A stretch of DNA of 64,000 bases from contig NMRA01000907.1 of the NCBI GenBank assembly GCA_002633005.1, positions 20,255 to 84,254 of the forward strand. The letters are read 5' to 3'. Shown piece after piece: positions 53,101-62,725 of the stretch. The notes below the pieces were generated by a model that was not told the DNA's origin, made no database searches, and saw nothing but the letters and a program-made list of their open reading frames with translations. Both the position numbers and the translations under genes were made by a program. The stretch's first letter is position 1. Each line of letters starts with the position of its first letter. The stretch comes from Phoronis australis (Eukaryota > Animalia > Phoronida).

Positions 53101-56100
53101 GAGGGCCAATATTGACAACATGGTCGAGATATCAACAAAAACAACCAGAGTTATTAACAATGGTGAAATCCTCTGTGTACATGTATAACAAGTATCATAA
53201 AATGTTTTATTACTGTACCTTAAGGAGTTTCTTTATTGATTCCTCTTTACAGACATCGTAAGCAGTTCTTCCATCCTGTAAAATAGGTAATTAAATTCAT
53301 ATTAAAATTGACATTAAGTTTAAGTCAAAACTCCACTACACAAAACACGTGACCTCCATGCATATGTATTATAGATACAGGTAAAGTTCATACATTTTGC
53401 CGTTTGTGCGAGATTTCATAGTTTGGAAGTTGAGACAACTCTTAGGCTTAAGTGAAAAATAAACTTAAAACTGTTTCTTGGAGAGTCCAGGTTGTGAACC
53501 ACTATATGTTCATGTCATCCATTTTGATGAGTTGTAAACAAAGCGTATGAATCTAATAAGGATGTTGAAAATTGATTATCAGCTACAGAGTGATGTCATC
53601 AACTGGACCCAACACACACTCCGCAGCTTTTTCTGTTGTGTTTAAAAATATTTTTCAAGAGGCTCAACTCTCCTTCGCGTGGAGGATAGTTGGGCACCTA
53701 GTCAAGGAGAGTTGAGCTCACGGTTTCCTACAGCTTTGTATAACATGCACGATTCTTAATGAGCAGTTATGAAGAAAAAATGCTCTGCTGCTTTTGTCTT
53801 TAGCTTTTCACCCTTGAGTGTAAATGAAACTTGCTGAGTAACATTAACTAATTATATTTTGCTATATACGTCACAAAAAGTGACTAAACTTTTATCTTTC
53901 CGATTTCGTTTATAGTTGTAAATCTTACAGATACATGTAGCATAGTTTGCCAACAAATTCTTCCAAAACTGGCCAAGAATTGTATGGTGACACATGGCAT
54001 ACCTCCCCGCCAACTGGTGGTTTAGTAGCTGAGACAGCTATATTACAAACCCAGCACAATTAATGGGAAAAAATAATGTGGCAATATTTTACAATAATGT
54101 TAGGTTGCAAGTCACAATTCTTGCCTTATTTTGAAAATTCCAAAACCTGACCACGTACACATTTTACGAACTATTCCGCTGCTATTTAAGCACTGTCAAA
54201 ACGAACATTTTTGTCGCCACCAGTGTGTTAGTGATGAGTCTAATTATCTAGTGACTGATAACAACATCAGGCTGTGGCGTCCAGGCCGATGTAACTGCCT
54301 GCAACTGCATTGCGTCTTTGATCTGATCTTCAGACTTTACGTTACATACACCGGTCGAGTCGCCCAGCCTCGCCCGGTGAAAATAATCTGTTCACTTGGG
54401 ATTCCTTTCACAAAGAAACTGCATCATCCGTTGTGCAATCGCATTAAAAGTAAGGCACCGGGTTACACAACTTTGAGAGAAATAATTGAAATGCCAAGTA
54501 ATTTGTCAAGGCTTTTTCTTGTCAAGTAAACATTCCAATCACTTAATTATCACCATTTATGAAAATGGTTGACTTTTTCACNGTGTGTGTGTGTATATGT
54601 ATCAATCCGTGGCAGAAATATACACAGTTCTGTAGTAGGGTTAAAAATAAACCACAGGGTTATAACACTGAAAATTGTTAAATAACCACTGCACAACAGA
54701 GAAACATAACTTAAAAACCATAAACAGACTTTCTAAATACAGGCTTGCACAGTCATGATTAAAAACCTGTGCATTTTATAATAATTGAAAAGAGAAAATC
54801 TAAACTTGTGCCTGGTGTAGGCGACTGTACGGCGTTGTTGGTCTGTTCTTAGTTTGTGTAGCCATAATACGATGAATGTTTTCAGTCAGCCAGTTGGGTC
54901 ATAGTATAAGAATCAATAAATCCATTACTGGACTTTCGGTACGTGGAGATGGCTACGTTGCGTCCTCCTCTCGAGGACTTCATCAGGCCACTGAGTTGTC
55001 ACGTGAATTGTCATGTGATCTGTCGTACAGTTTCCGCGGGATTCTCTCCAGTGCCCTATCCCATGTCCTAGGTAAGTGAAAACCGCCTGTCTATTGAGGC
55101 TAGGATTCTCAATATTCTTGTAGATAGCTTCTTTGACCCCTCTCCAAAACCAATTCTCTTCTCTATCCAGGATCTTCACATCTTGCATGGCGAAAGAGTG
55201 TTCTGTGGAATCCATGTGACTTAAGACTGCAGAACCATAGCAGTCCCCATAACTGGACCTCCGATGCTGGTTGAAACGACTTTTCAGGGCTTGTTTGGTT
55301 TCCCCAATATATGCTGCTCCACATCCCGGTTCCGAGCATGAAATGCCATACACCACATTTGATGTTTTCTCTTTGCTGGTTTTGTCTTTCACATTTAACA
55401 ATTCACTCCTTATGGTGTTAAGAGCAATGTCGTGTCCTCTCATATGTGATTTGATCTGGTCAGCGATCCCTGGCACAAAAGGCAATGTTATCCTGATGTT
55501 TCCCCTATTATCAGGCTGCGTGTTCTGAGGCCTGACTCTGTCATGGTTTGCCTTGTGGAATGACCAGTTCGGGTAGCCACATCTTTTCAACACTGTTCTG
55601 TTGTGTTCTATTTCAAAATCAATGTCCTGCTCAGTGTTGGAGATGGTTCTCGCTCGATAGGCCAACGTTCTAATCACGCCTAGTTTGTGAATCAACGGGT
55701 GATTGGAGTCAAACGGAAGATAGTAGTCCATGTGAGTGGGCTTCCTATAAACCTTGGTCTTGAAATGCTTGTCTGTAACAGTCACTAAACAATCCAGGAA
55801 CGGTAAAGTTTTTAGTCACATGAATTCCACAGAACACTCTTTCGCCATGCAAGATGTGAAGATCCTGGATAGAGAAGAGAATTGGTTTCGGAGAGGGGTC
55901 AAAGAAGCTATCTACGAGAGAATTGAGAATCCTAGCCTCAATAAACAGGGGGGCTAGGGTTTCACTTACCGAGGACATGGGATAGGGCGCTGAAGAGAAT
56001 CCCGCGGAAACTGTACGACAGATCACATGACAAGTCACGTGACAACTCAGTGGCCTGATGAAGTCCTCGAGAGGAGGACGCAACGTAGCCATCTCCGCGT

Positions 56101-59100
56101 ACTGTATGTCCAGTAATAGATTTATTGATACTTATACTTTGTGTAGCAATGTTACGATCAAGCCAGTGACTTTTATTTTACTGAGTGCTCTGGGAAGGTA
56201 CATGCAATAAGGAAACGACTGCTTGTATAGGTTCACGTAAGAGGTAGATCATTTTTGATGAGATATATATGTTAAATGAATAATTCTTCGAACTCGTTGT
56301 TCATTTAAAACACATTTATTGCAGTATGAATTAAAGACGGAGTACAACACTCTCTACGCAGTCACAGCGGCCTTTAATGATTTGAAGCTTCACAACCGCT
56401 GCGTGTCCAACCTCTGACGCCATGTGTAGCGGTGTGTCACCCCACTACAGCAAGTGAACAAACATGCCGGGGGGATTGTTGGTCAGCATTACATATACAA
56501 TAGCGAAATGCGTGGCTCAACAGGGCTTCACGTTTTATATTTTTCAAGTTCAAAACTTCACCATCAGTTGCATATTGATGACGTGGGTGGATCCACAGTG
56601 TGTGACTACAACCTAACATTTAAACTAGCACACAACTTGAGCGACATTCCTTAAATGTTCGTCTGATGTGTTGTAGCCGCGCATTGAAAAGATAATTTAA
56701 ATTATACCACAATATTAGCTTCGAATGGCAGATACAACCGTGAAGTAACCCATAAAGTTATCTCACTAGTGAGATAACATTTTGGCGGGAAACCGAGGCC
56801 GGGCCTCAACAGTTGCGAGCCGCGCAATAATCGCATGTTCAGCAAAGAGCATTACACCGACAATTATACTCTATGAAAAATAAGACGCATAATTTCCATA
56901 AAAACGATATTTTAATACAGTGAAATTTCTCTCTCGTGTTCTCTCACTTGTAAATCACCGACCTCCAATTTGAATGCAGGTGTCGTGTGGTCGGGATCCC
57001 TTGACTTGAGCATTATAGTCAGTTACTAGTGGTAACCTACTTTAGCAGACGATATATTCCCGGTCCAAGCTTAGCGTGATAAAATGTGTAGTAAGCTATA
57101 ACAGTTGCTAAACCGTAATTTACAGATTAACTTTCTTTCTATTTTGTTTTATTTTTCAATTAGTTTTGAGTAAAAACATTATTTTACAAAAATATCTCGT
57201 CTTTTCTTAAAAGGTCACGACCTGCGACCCTGGGCCTCTGACATAGAAAGTAGTTACAAAGCCGAGGCGAGTCGAGAAAGGTAGATTGATTCATTGCATT
57301 GTTTCTCGTTCAGTATGTGGTATAAATAGATTATTACATGTTCTCAGTCGTTATCCCCCTTATATAGAGCCCTCGTGGATTTTGTAGAATTATCACCCTC
57401 GGAGCTAACGCCCCTCGGGCGATAATTCTCCAAAATCAACTCGGGCTGTAGATAACGGGGGATAACGACTTCGCCATGTAATAATCTATATATATGACAA
57501 CTTGATGTTATACATAACAACAGAGCGACATTGATTTAGTGAGCACTGTGGAAATGCAAGTAAATAACAAACTCATTGTACAACTCCATGTCACCTGAAA
57601 ACCGTTTTTAATTACTTCAAAATCACGTGCTCGTCACGTCACGTGCACGTCACGAGGAGTGTAAGGAAATGTCAAGTTTACAATAAAATCATTTATCCTG
57701 ATGAATTTATTAAAACACCGAATGATTCAGACTTGTCACATCTTGTATGTTGATCATCGTTGTGTAAACAACTAGTTCAACTAAACACCCTGTGTGTCAT
57801 TAATTACCTCATCGCGGACACTCACGTTGGCCCCGTGTTGGAGGAGACTCTGCACGACGGCTGTACGACCCCACAATGATGCCCGGTGCAGCAGTGTCCG
57901 GCCATCCTATGTAATATATAATGGAGATGTGTGAATGGACGACCAACGTTTAGAGCTAATTAACATACACGGGAGAAAGTGAACTTGTAAGGTGACATCA
58001 ATGAAACATCACTGACCCCTCTAAGGTGCTAATACTTGTAATGATGTCAACAGAGAAATGTTAAGTTTAAGAACAAAACAACAGAACCTGGTTAGTGTTT
58101 CGTTTCTTCTTACTGGACGGTAACACGGGTAGTAATTGTGCGCTGTAACGTGTTGAACAACCTCCAGTGTAACGTATGGTTTGGTCTAACGAATTAGGAG
58201 TATTTTAATTAAGTTATGGGACATTTTACATGTACATGTAAGTCACGATGCATTATCTCTTCCAGTCTACACAGCTTTAGCGGTTCATGAACAGAAAGCA
58301 GACGACATTTAATTTGACATTGTTTAGGAACATTAAATTGTGAAAATATCAACAAAATTTGTGCCTGTCAGTTTTAAACATTGTTTATGCAAACAACTAG
58401 ATCAACCAAATAACCTGTGTGTCATTAATTACCTGACCACGGACATCCACTGTGGCGCTGTGTTCAACTAGACACTCCACTATCTGTGTATGACCATACT
58501 GTGCTGCCCAGTGCAGCGGTGTCTGGCCCGACTATGTAATATATAATGGAGATGTGTGAATGGACGATCAACGTTTAGAGCTAATTAACATACACGGGGG
58601 AAAGTGAACTTGTAAGGAGGCATGAATGAAACATTACTGACCCCTCTAAGGTGCTAATACTTGTAATGATGTCAACAAGGAAATGTTAAGTTTAAGAACA
58701 AAACAACAGAACCTGGTTAGTGTTTCGTTTCTCCTTGCTGGACGAAAACACCGGTAGTAATTATGCGCTGTAACATGTTAGACAACCCCAGTGCAATGTA
58801 TGTTTTTGTCTAACGAATTAGGAGTATTTTAATTAAGTTATGTGACATTTTACCTGTACATGAAAGCCACGCTGCATTATCTCTACAAGTCCACGCAGCT
58901 TTAGCGGTTCATGAACGGAAAGCAGACGACATTTATTTTGACATTGTTTAGAGGGAACAATAAATTGTGAAAAGATCAACAAAATTTGTCCCTCATCAGT
59001 TTTAAACATTGTTTGTGTAAACAAGTAGATCAACCCAATAACCTGTGTGTCATTAATTACCTTATCACAGACATTCACTGTGGCGCTGTGTTCAACTATA

Positions 59101-62100
59101 CACTTCACTATCTGTGTATGACCATACTCTGCTGCCCAGTGCAGCGGTGTCCGGCCCATCTATGTAATATATAATGGAGATGTGTGAATGGACGATCAAC
59201 GTTTAGAGCTAATTAACATACACGGGAGAAAGTGAACTTGTAAGGTGACATAAATGAAACATCAGTGACCCCTCTAAGATGCTAATACTTGTAATGATGT
59301 CAACAGGGAAATGTCAAGTGCAAGAACAAAACAACAGAACCTGGTTAGTGTTTCGTTTCTTCTTACTGGACAATAACACGGGTAGTAATTGTGCGCTGTA
59401 ACGGGTTGAACAACATCCAGTGTAATGTATGGTTTGGTCTAACGAATTAGGAGTATTTTAATTAAGTTATGTGACATTTTACCTGTACATGTAAGTCACG
59501 ATGCATTGTCTCTACCAGTCTACACAGGTTTAATTAGCGGTTCATGAACAGAAAGCAGACGACATTTAATTTGACATTGTTTAGGAACATTAAATTGTGA
59601 AAATATCAACAAAATTTGTCCCTGTCAGTTTTAAAAATTGTTTATGCAAACAACTAGATCAACCAAATAACCTGTGTGTCATTAATTACCTGATCACGGA
59701 CATCCACTGTGGCGCTGTGTTCAAATAGACACTCCACTATCTGTGTATGACCACACAGTGCTGCACGGTGCAGCGGTGTCCAGCCCTCCTATGTAATATA
59801 TAATGGAGATGTGTGAATGGACGATCAACGTTTAGAGCTAATTAACATACACGGGGGAAAGTGAACTTGTAAGGAGACATGAATGAAACATTACTGACCC
59901 CTCTAAGGTGCTAATACTTGTAATGATGTCAACAGGGAAATGTCAAGTTTAAGAACAAAACAACAGAACCTGGTTAGTGTATCGTTTCTTCTTACTGGAC
60001 GGTAAAACGGGTAGTAATTGTGCGCTCTAACTTGTTCAACAACCTCCAGTGTAATGTATGGTTTGTTCTAACGAATTAGGAGTATTATAATTAAGTTATG
60101 TGACATTTTACCTGCACATGTAAGTCACGATGCATTATCTCTACCAGTCTACACAGCTTTAGCTGTTCATGAACGGAAAGCAGACGACATTTAATTTGAC
60201 AATGTTTAGGAACATTAAATTGTGAAAATATCAACAAAATTTGTCCCTGTCAGTCTTAAAGATTGTTTATGCAAACAACTAGATCAACCAAACAACCTGT
60301 GTGTCATTAATTACCTGATCACGGACATCCACTGTGGCGCTGTGTTGAACTAGACACTTCACTATCTGTGTATAACCTAACTGTGCTGCGCAGTGCAGCG
60401 GTGTCCAGCCCTCCTATGTAATATATAATGGAGATGTGTGAATGGACGATCAACGTTTAGAGCTAATTAACATACACGGGGGAAAGTGAACTTGTAAGGA
60501 GACATGAATGAAACATTACTGACCCCTCTAAGGTGCTAATACTTGTAATGATGTCAACAGGGAAATGTTAAGTTTAAGAACAAAACAACAGAACCTGGTT
60601 AGTGTTTCGTTTCTCCTTGCTGGACGAAAACACCAGTAGTAATTATGCGCTGTAACATGTTAGACAACCCAGTGTAATGTATGTTTTAGTCTAACGAATT
60701 AGGAGTATTTTAATTAAGTTATGTGACATTTTACCTGTACAAGAAAGTCACGCTGCATTATCTCTACAAGTCCACGCAGCTTTAGCGGTTCATGAACGGA
60801 AAGCAGACGACATTTATTTTGACATTGTTTAGGGACATTAAATTGTGAAAATATCAACAAAATTTTGTCCCTGTCAGTTTTAAACATTGTTTATGCAAAC
60901 AACTAGATCAACCCAAAAACATGTGTGTCATTAATTACCTTATCACAGACATTCACTGTGGCGCTGTGTTCAACTAGACACTCCACTGTCTGTGTACGAC
61001 CCCACAGTGCTGCACAGTGCAGCGGTGTCAGGCCCTCCTATGTAATATATAATGGAGATGTGTGAATGGACGATCAACGTTTAGAGCTAATTAACATACA
61101 CGGGGAAAGTTAACTTGTAAGGTGACATTAATGAAACATCACTGACACATCTAAGACACTAAAATACCTGCAATGAGTTCAACTCAAGTTTTACAGGTGA
61201 TTCGAAAACGTTGAAACAACAACAGAACATTTTGCAGACGTGGACTGCCAGAAGTTTGCTGAACGCCTCCATAATTCACAGAGACCCCTCCAGGTTGTGT
61301 TTATACTGGCTTCCTATTTAATATAATGTTGTAATATTGAAAGGGCGATTGTCATTAAGAATAGAAAGGTATCAACGTTGAGTCGGCAAAGATATTGTTG
61401 ATAGGATTCAAATCTCAGTGCTTCTCAAGATGCATGTACCGCGTACAGAATGAAAAATACATGTCGAAGTCAGGAGAGATAAAATATGTATTTACACAAA
61501 ACATATTTAGTTAAATTTTAGATAGCATACAGTGTTTGTAAAGTGGTCTGAATTAGTTTCTATTACCACGTCTTGCATGTCTACATCGGCCCCACCCTGT
61601 AACAATAACCTCGCCACCTCTGTGCTGCCCCGCCATGCTGCTTGGTGTAGTAGGGCCTTGCGGTCCTGTAGAAACAATGAACAAGTTATAGCAAGACTCA
61701 CAATCACTAACTTTACCGTGCATCTTAATTACTAACAACCAAAACTTTGAACTTGCACATAAAATTATCAAAGCTACTCCCTGTTTAAGAGGTAATATAA
61801 CAGTCGTGGTTAGAATAGAATTCTCAGAGTGAAGACACGGATGTTCTTTTATAATATGAACACTTTTATCAAAATCCGAGCAACTGGTTGTAGCTAAGAC
61901 TAACTATCATAGTTATTGACAAAAACGTGACCTTGATATTCACACAGAATAATCAACTTTAAGAGAACGATTTCACCAGCTACACCAGCTACACGGGACG
62001 AAATGAAGCTGACCGAGAAATCATTTTTGTTAAAAATATGAGGTAATAGGCGACAGCATTGAAGCAAGATGCTTAGTACATGAGAGATGAGAGAACATCA

Positions 62101-62665
62101 ATACAAGGTTAATATATCAGAATGGGATATCAAAATATTTCAGGAAAAAAATCGCTTGGTCAATCTTTGGTTTAGGGTGCATTAATAGTTGGGATCATAG
62201 CCACTGGAAAAACACTACAAATTAAACACATGTTGAAACACATTTTACCAAAACCTTTTTTGATCAAGATCTCTGTTCAGTGGATCAATCAATCATGTAG
62301 TTTCCATTTCGACACAAATCCAAACAGTCAGTTGTTCTGCTGCACTGAGACTTGATAAACGACGAAGGAGTGGTCGGCCAGACGAAGCTTGCTATTAAAA
62401 AGAGGGCTTTGCCGGCCAGTTTTCACGTGTACACGCGATCAATTGATACATTTGCCTGTTCTTGGATTTATTTAAAGGGGCATTTCCTATTCGTAAGAAA
62501 CTAATTAAAGTCCTTGTCTAACGCGTTGTTAACCCTTATTACATGGTTAGAAGATGTTATAAGGATCCAAGAAGTACCTACCCCATAACTAATACACGAT
62601 CCGTACTCGAAAACAGTTTAAATGAACGCGCCACTCACGATTCGCACCCGAAGAAACACCGCCAT
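46841..62665 (-). CDS. Multi-exon gene: ankyrin-repeat array plus FAM111-like trypsin-fold serine protease (~640 aa)
   Basis: Exons (minus strand, all GT-AG, frames compatible, no stops): 62639-62665 (tentative), 61567-61665, 60939-61037, 60315-60413, 59690-59788, 59061-59159, 58433-58531, 57808-57906, 53219-53275, 51191-51461, 50854-51084, 47585-47910, 46841-47158. Triad motifs TNCHV / DLDVAV / GSSGSP. Confidence 0.88.
47585..47910 (-). CDS. Protease exon with catalytic Asp
   Basis: ttttacag|cc acceptor (phase 1), aag|gtacga donor (phase 0); HCEDLDVAVLDL and IHFVGHPVGDGKVLDTMC (FAM111-type IGHP.G..K.ID.C). Confidence 0.9.
49320..49527. mobile_element. Small intronic MITE with AGGGGAAT...ATTCCCCT ends containing a 21-bp tandem array (gggcaagtggttttgaagtct, ~6-7 copies)
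   Basis: Inverted ends and tandem array (49364-49505) are directly visible. Confidence 0.7.
50854..51084 (-). CDS. Protease exon with catalytic His
   Basis: ttttccag|at acceptor, c|gtaagt donor, 231 nt, phase 1-1; QSVALLARADGTGVGSGFRVGPTYIMTNCHVL. Confidence 0.9.
51191..51461 (-). CDS. Linker exon
   Basis: cctccag|caa acceptor (phase 0), g|gtaatt donor (phase 1), 271 nt, open; QHMEQTRR...YVYSKGQTIAVGKGQVTITVNK...RQS. Confidence 0.75.
51770..52830 (+). mobile_element. 5'-truncated non-LTR retrotransposon (RTE-X-like) in an intron, antisense to the host gene
   Basis: FDKMVYPIISYGSEIWG...IERVQLKFCKQLLGV...VLGELGRYP; premature stop at 52390; then IEKGR..C.FC...IEDEYHFICVC..Y..LR (C-terminal Zn motif). 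Clade is tentative. Confidence 0.8.
53219..53275 (-). CDS. Ankyrin C-terminal cap exon (DGRTAYDVCKEESIKKLLK)
   Basis: ttttacag|gat and aag|gtacag; 57 nt, phase 0-0; typical terminal half-ankyrin GxTAxD...I..LL. Confidence 0.85.
54949..54991 (-). ncRNA. Minimal type I hammerhead-ribozyme-like motif (variant core), copy 1
   Basis: GUGGC-CUGAUGA-A-GUCCUC-gagag-GAGGAC-GCAA-CGUA-GCCAU; GCAA in place of canonical GAAA. Confidence 0.6.
56050..56092 (+). ncRNA. Minimal type I hammerhead-ribozyme-like motif (variant core), copy 2
   Basis: Same sequence as copy 1, in the inverted Penelope terminus. Confidence 0.6.
56702..57491 (+). mobile_element. Dispersed composite repeat, copy 2 (tRNA-like part largely missing, hairpin retained)
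   Basis: Collinear with 6219-7088; hairpin at 57326-57489. Confidence 0.85.
57808..57906 (-). CDS. Ankyrin exon 7: DGRTLLHRASLWGRTAVVQSLLQHGANVSVRDE
   Basis: 99 nt, tag| and |gtaatt, phase 0. Confidence 0.9.
58433..58531 (-). CDS. Ankyrin exon 6: SGQTPLHWAAQYGHTQIVECLVEHSATVDVRGQ
   Basis: 99 nt, AG/GT, phase 0. Confidence 0.92.
59061..59159 (-). CDS. Ankyrin exon 5: MGRTPLHWAAEYGHTQIVKCIVEHSATVNVCDK
   Basis: 99 nt, AG/GT, phase 0; also visible in the ORF track. Confidence 0.92.
59690..59788 (-). CDS. Ankyrin exon 4: EGWTPLHRAALCGHTQIVECLFEHSATVDVRDQ
   Basis: 99 nt, AG/GT, phase 0. Confidence 0.92.
60315..60413 (-). CDS. Ankyrin exon 3: EGWTPLHCAAQLGYTQIVKCLVQHSATVDVRDQ
   Basis: 99 nt, AG/GT, phase 0. 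Confidence 0.92.
60939..61037 (-). CDS. Ankyrin exon 2: EGLTPLHCAALWGRTQTVECLVEHSATVNVCDK
   Basis: 99 nt, AG/GT, phase 0. Confidence 0.92.
61567..61665 (-). CDS. Ankyrin exon 1 (N-cap-like): DRKALLHQAAWRGSTEVARLLLQGGADVDMQDV
   Basis: tttctacag|gac and gtg|gtaata; 99 nt, phase 0; unique flanks. Confidence 0.9.
62639..62665 (-). CDS. Candidate first coding exon MAVFLRVRI
   Basis: aATGGcg start, 9 codons, then a consensus GTGAGT donor in phase 0, compatible with ankyrin exon 1; next to an N, so tentative. Confidence 0.4.
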
Positions 62666-62725
62666 TNTTACAAGGAAAAAATGGCGGCGTTCAGGACAAG
62701 TTCCTGAACTGATGAGCCGGAAATG
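62659..62725. promoter_or_regulatory. Back-to-back YY1-like (AAAATGGCGG) motifs plus an ETS-like CCGGAAAT; possible promoter
   Basis: ccgccattn...aaaatggcggc and gccggaaat in a locally CpG-richer patch; motif match only. Confidence 0.3.

Larger units (their letters stand above)
54901..56138 (-). mobile_element. Penelope-like retroelement (RT thumb plus GIY-YIG) with an inverted copy of its 3' end
   Basis: Minus ORF LPFLD...VYRKPTH...SNHP..HK.GVI, VVYGISC..C...YIGET....R..QH...EAIY..PSLNR; 55810-56138 (+) is an inverted copy of about 54901-55224. Confidence 0.92.
57750..61150. repeat. Tandem array of ~625-bp exon+intron units (about 5.4 copies)
   Basis: Period 624-629 bp; each unit is a 99-nt ankyrin exon plus a highly similar intron (ctatgtaatatataatggagatgtgtgaatggacga... 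occurs six times). Confidence 0.97.

Noticed and set aside
57750-61150. Long conserved repeats with variable 99-bp 'spacers', superficially CRISPR-like or cassette-like
   Set aside because: The variable parts are mutually homologous ankyrin exons with AG/GT ends and the constant parts are introns; no cas genes; eukaryotic context.
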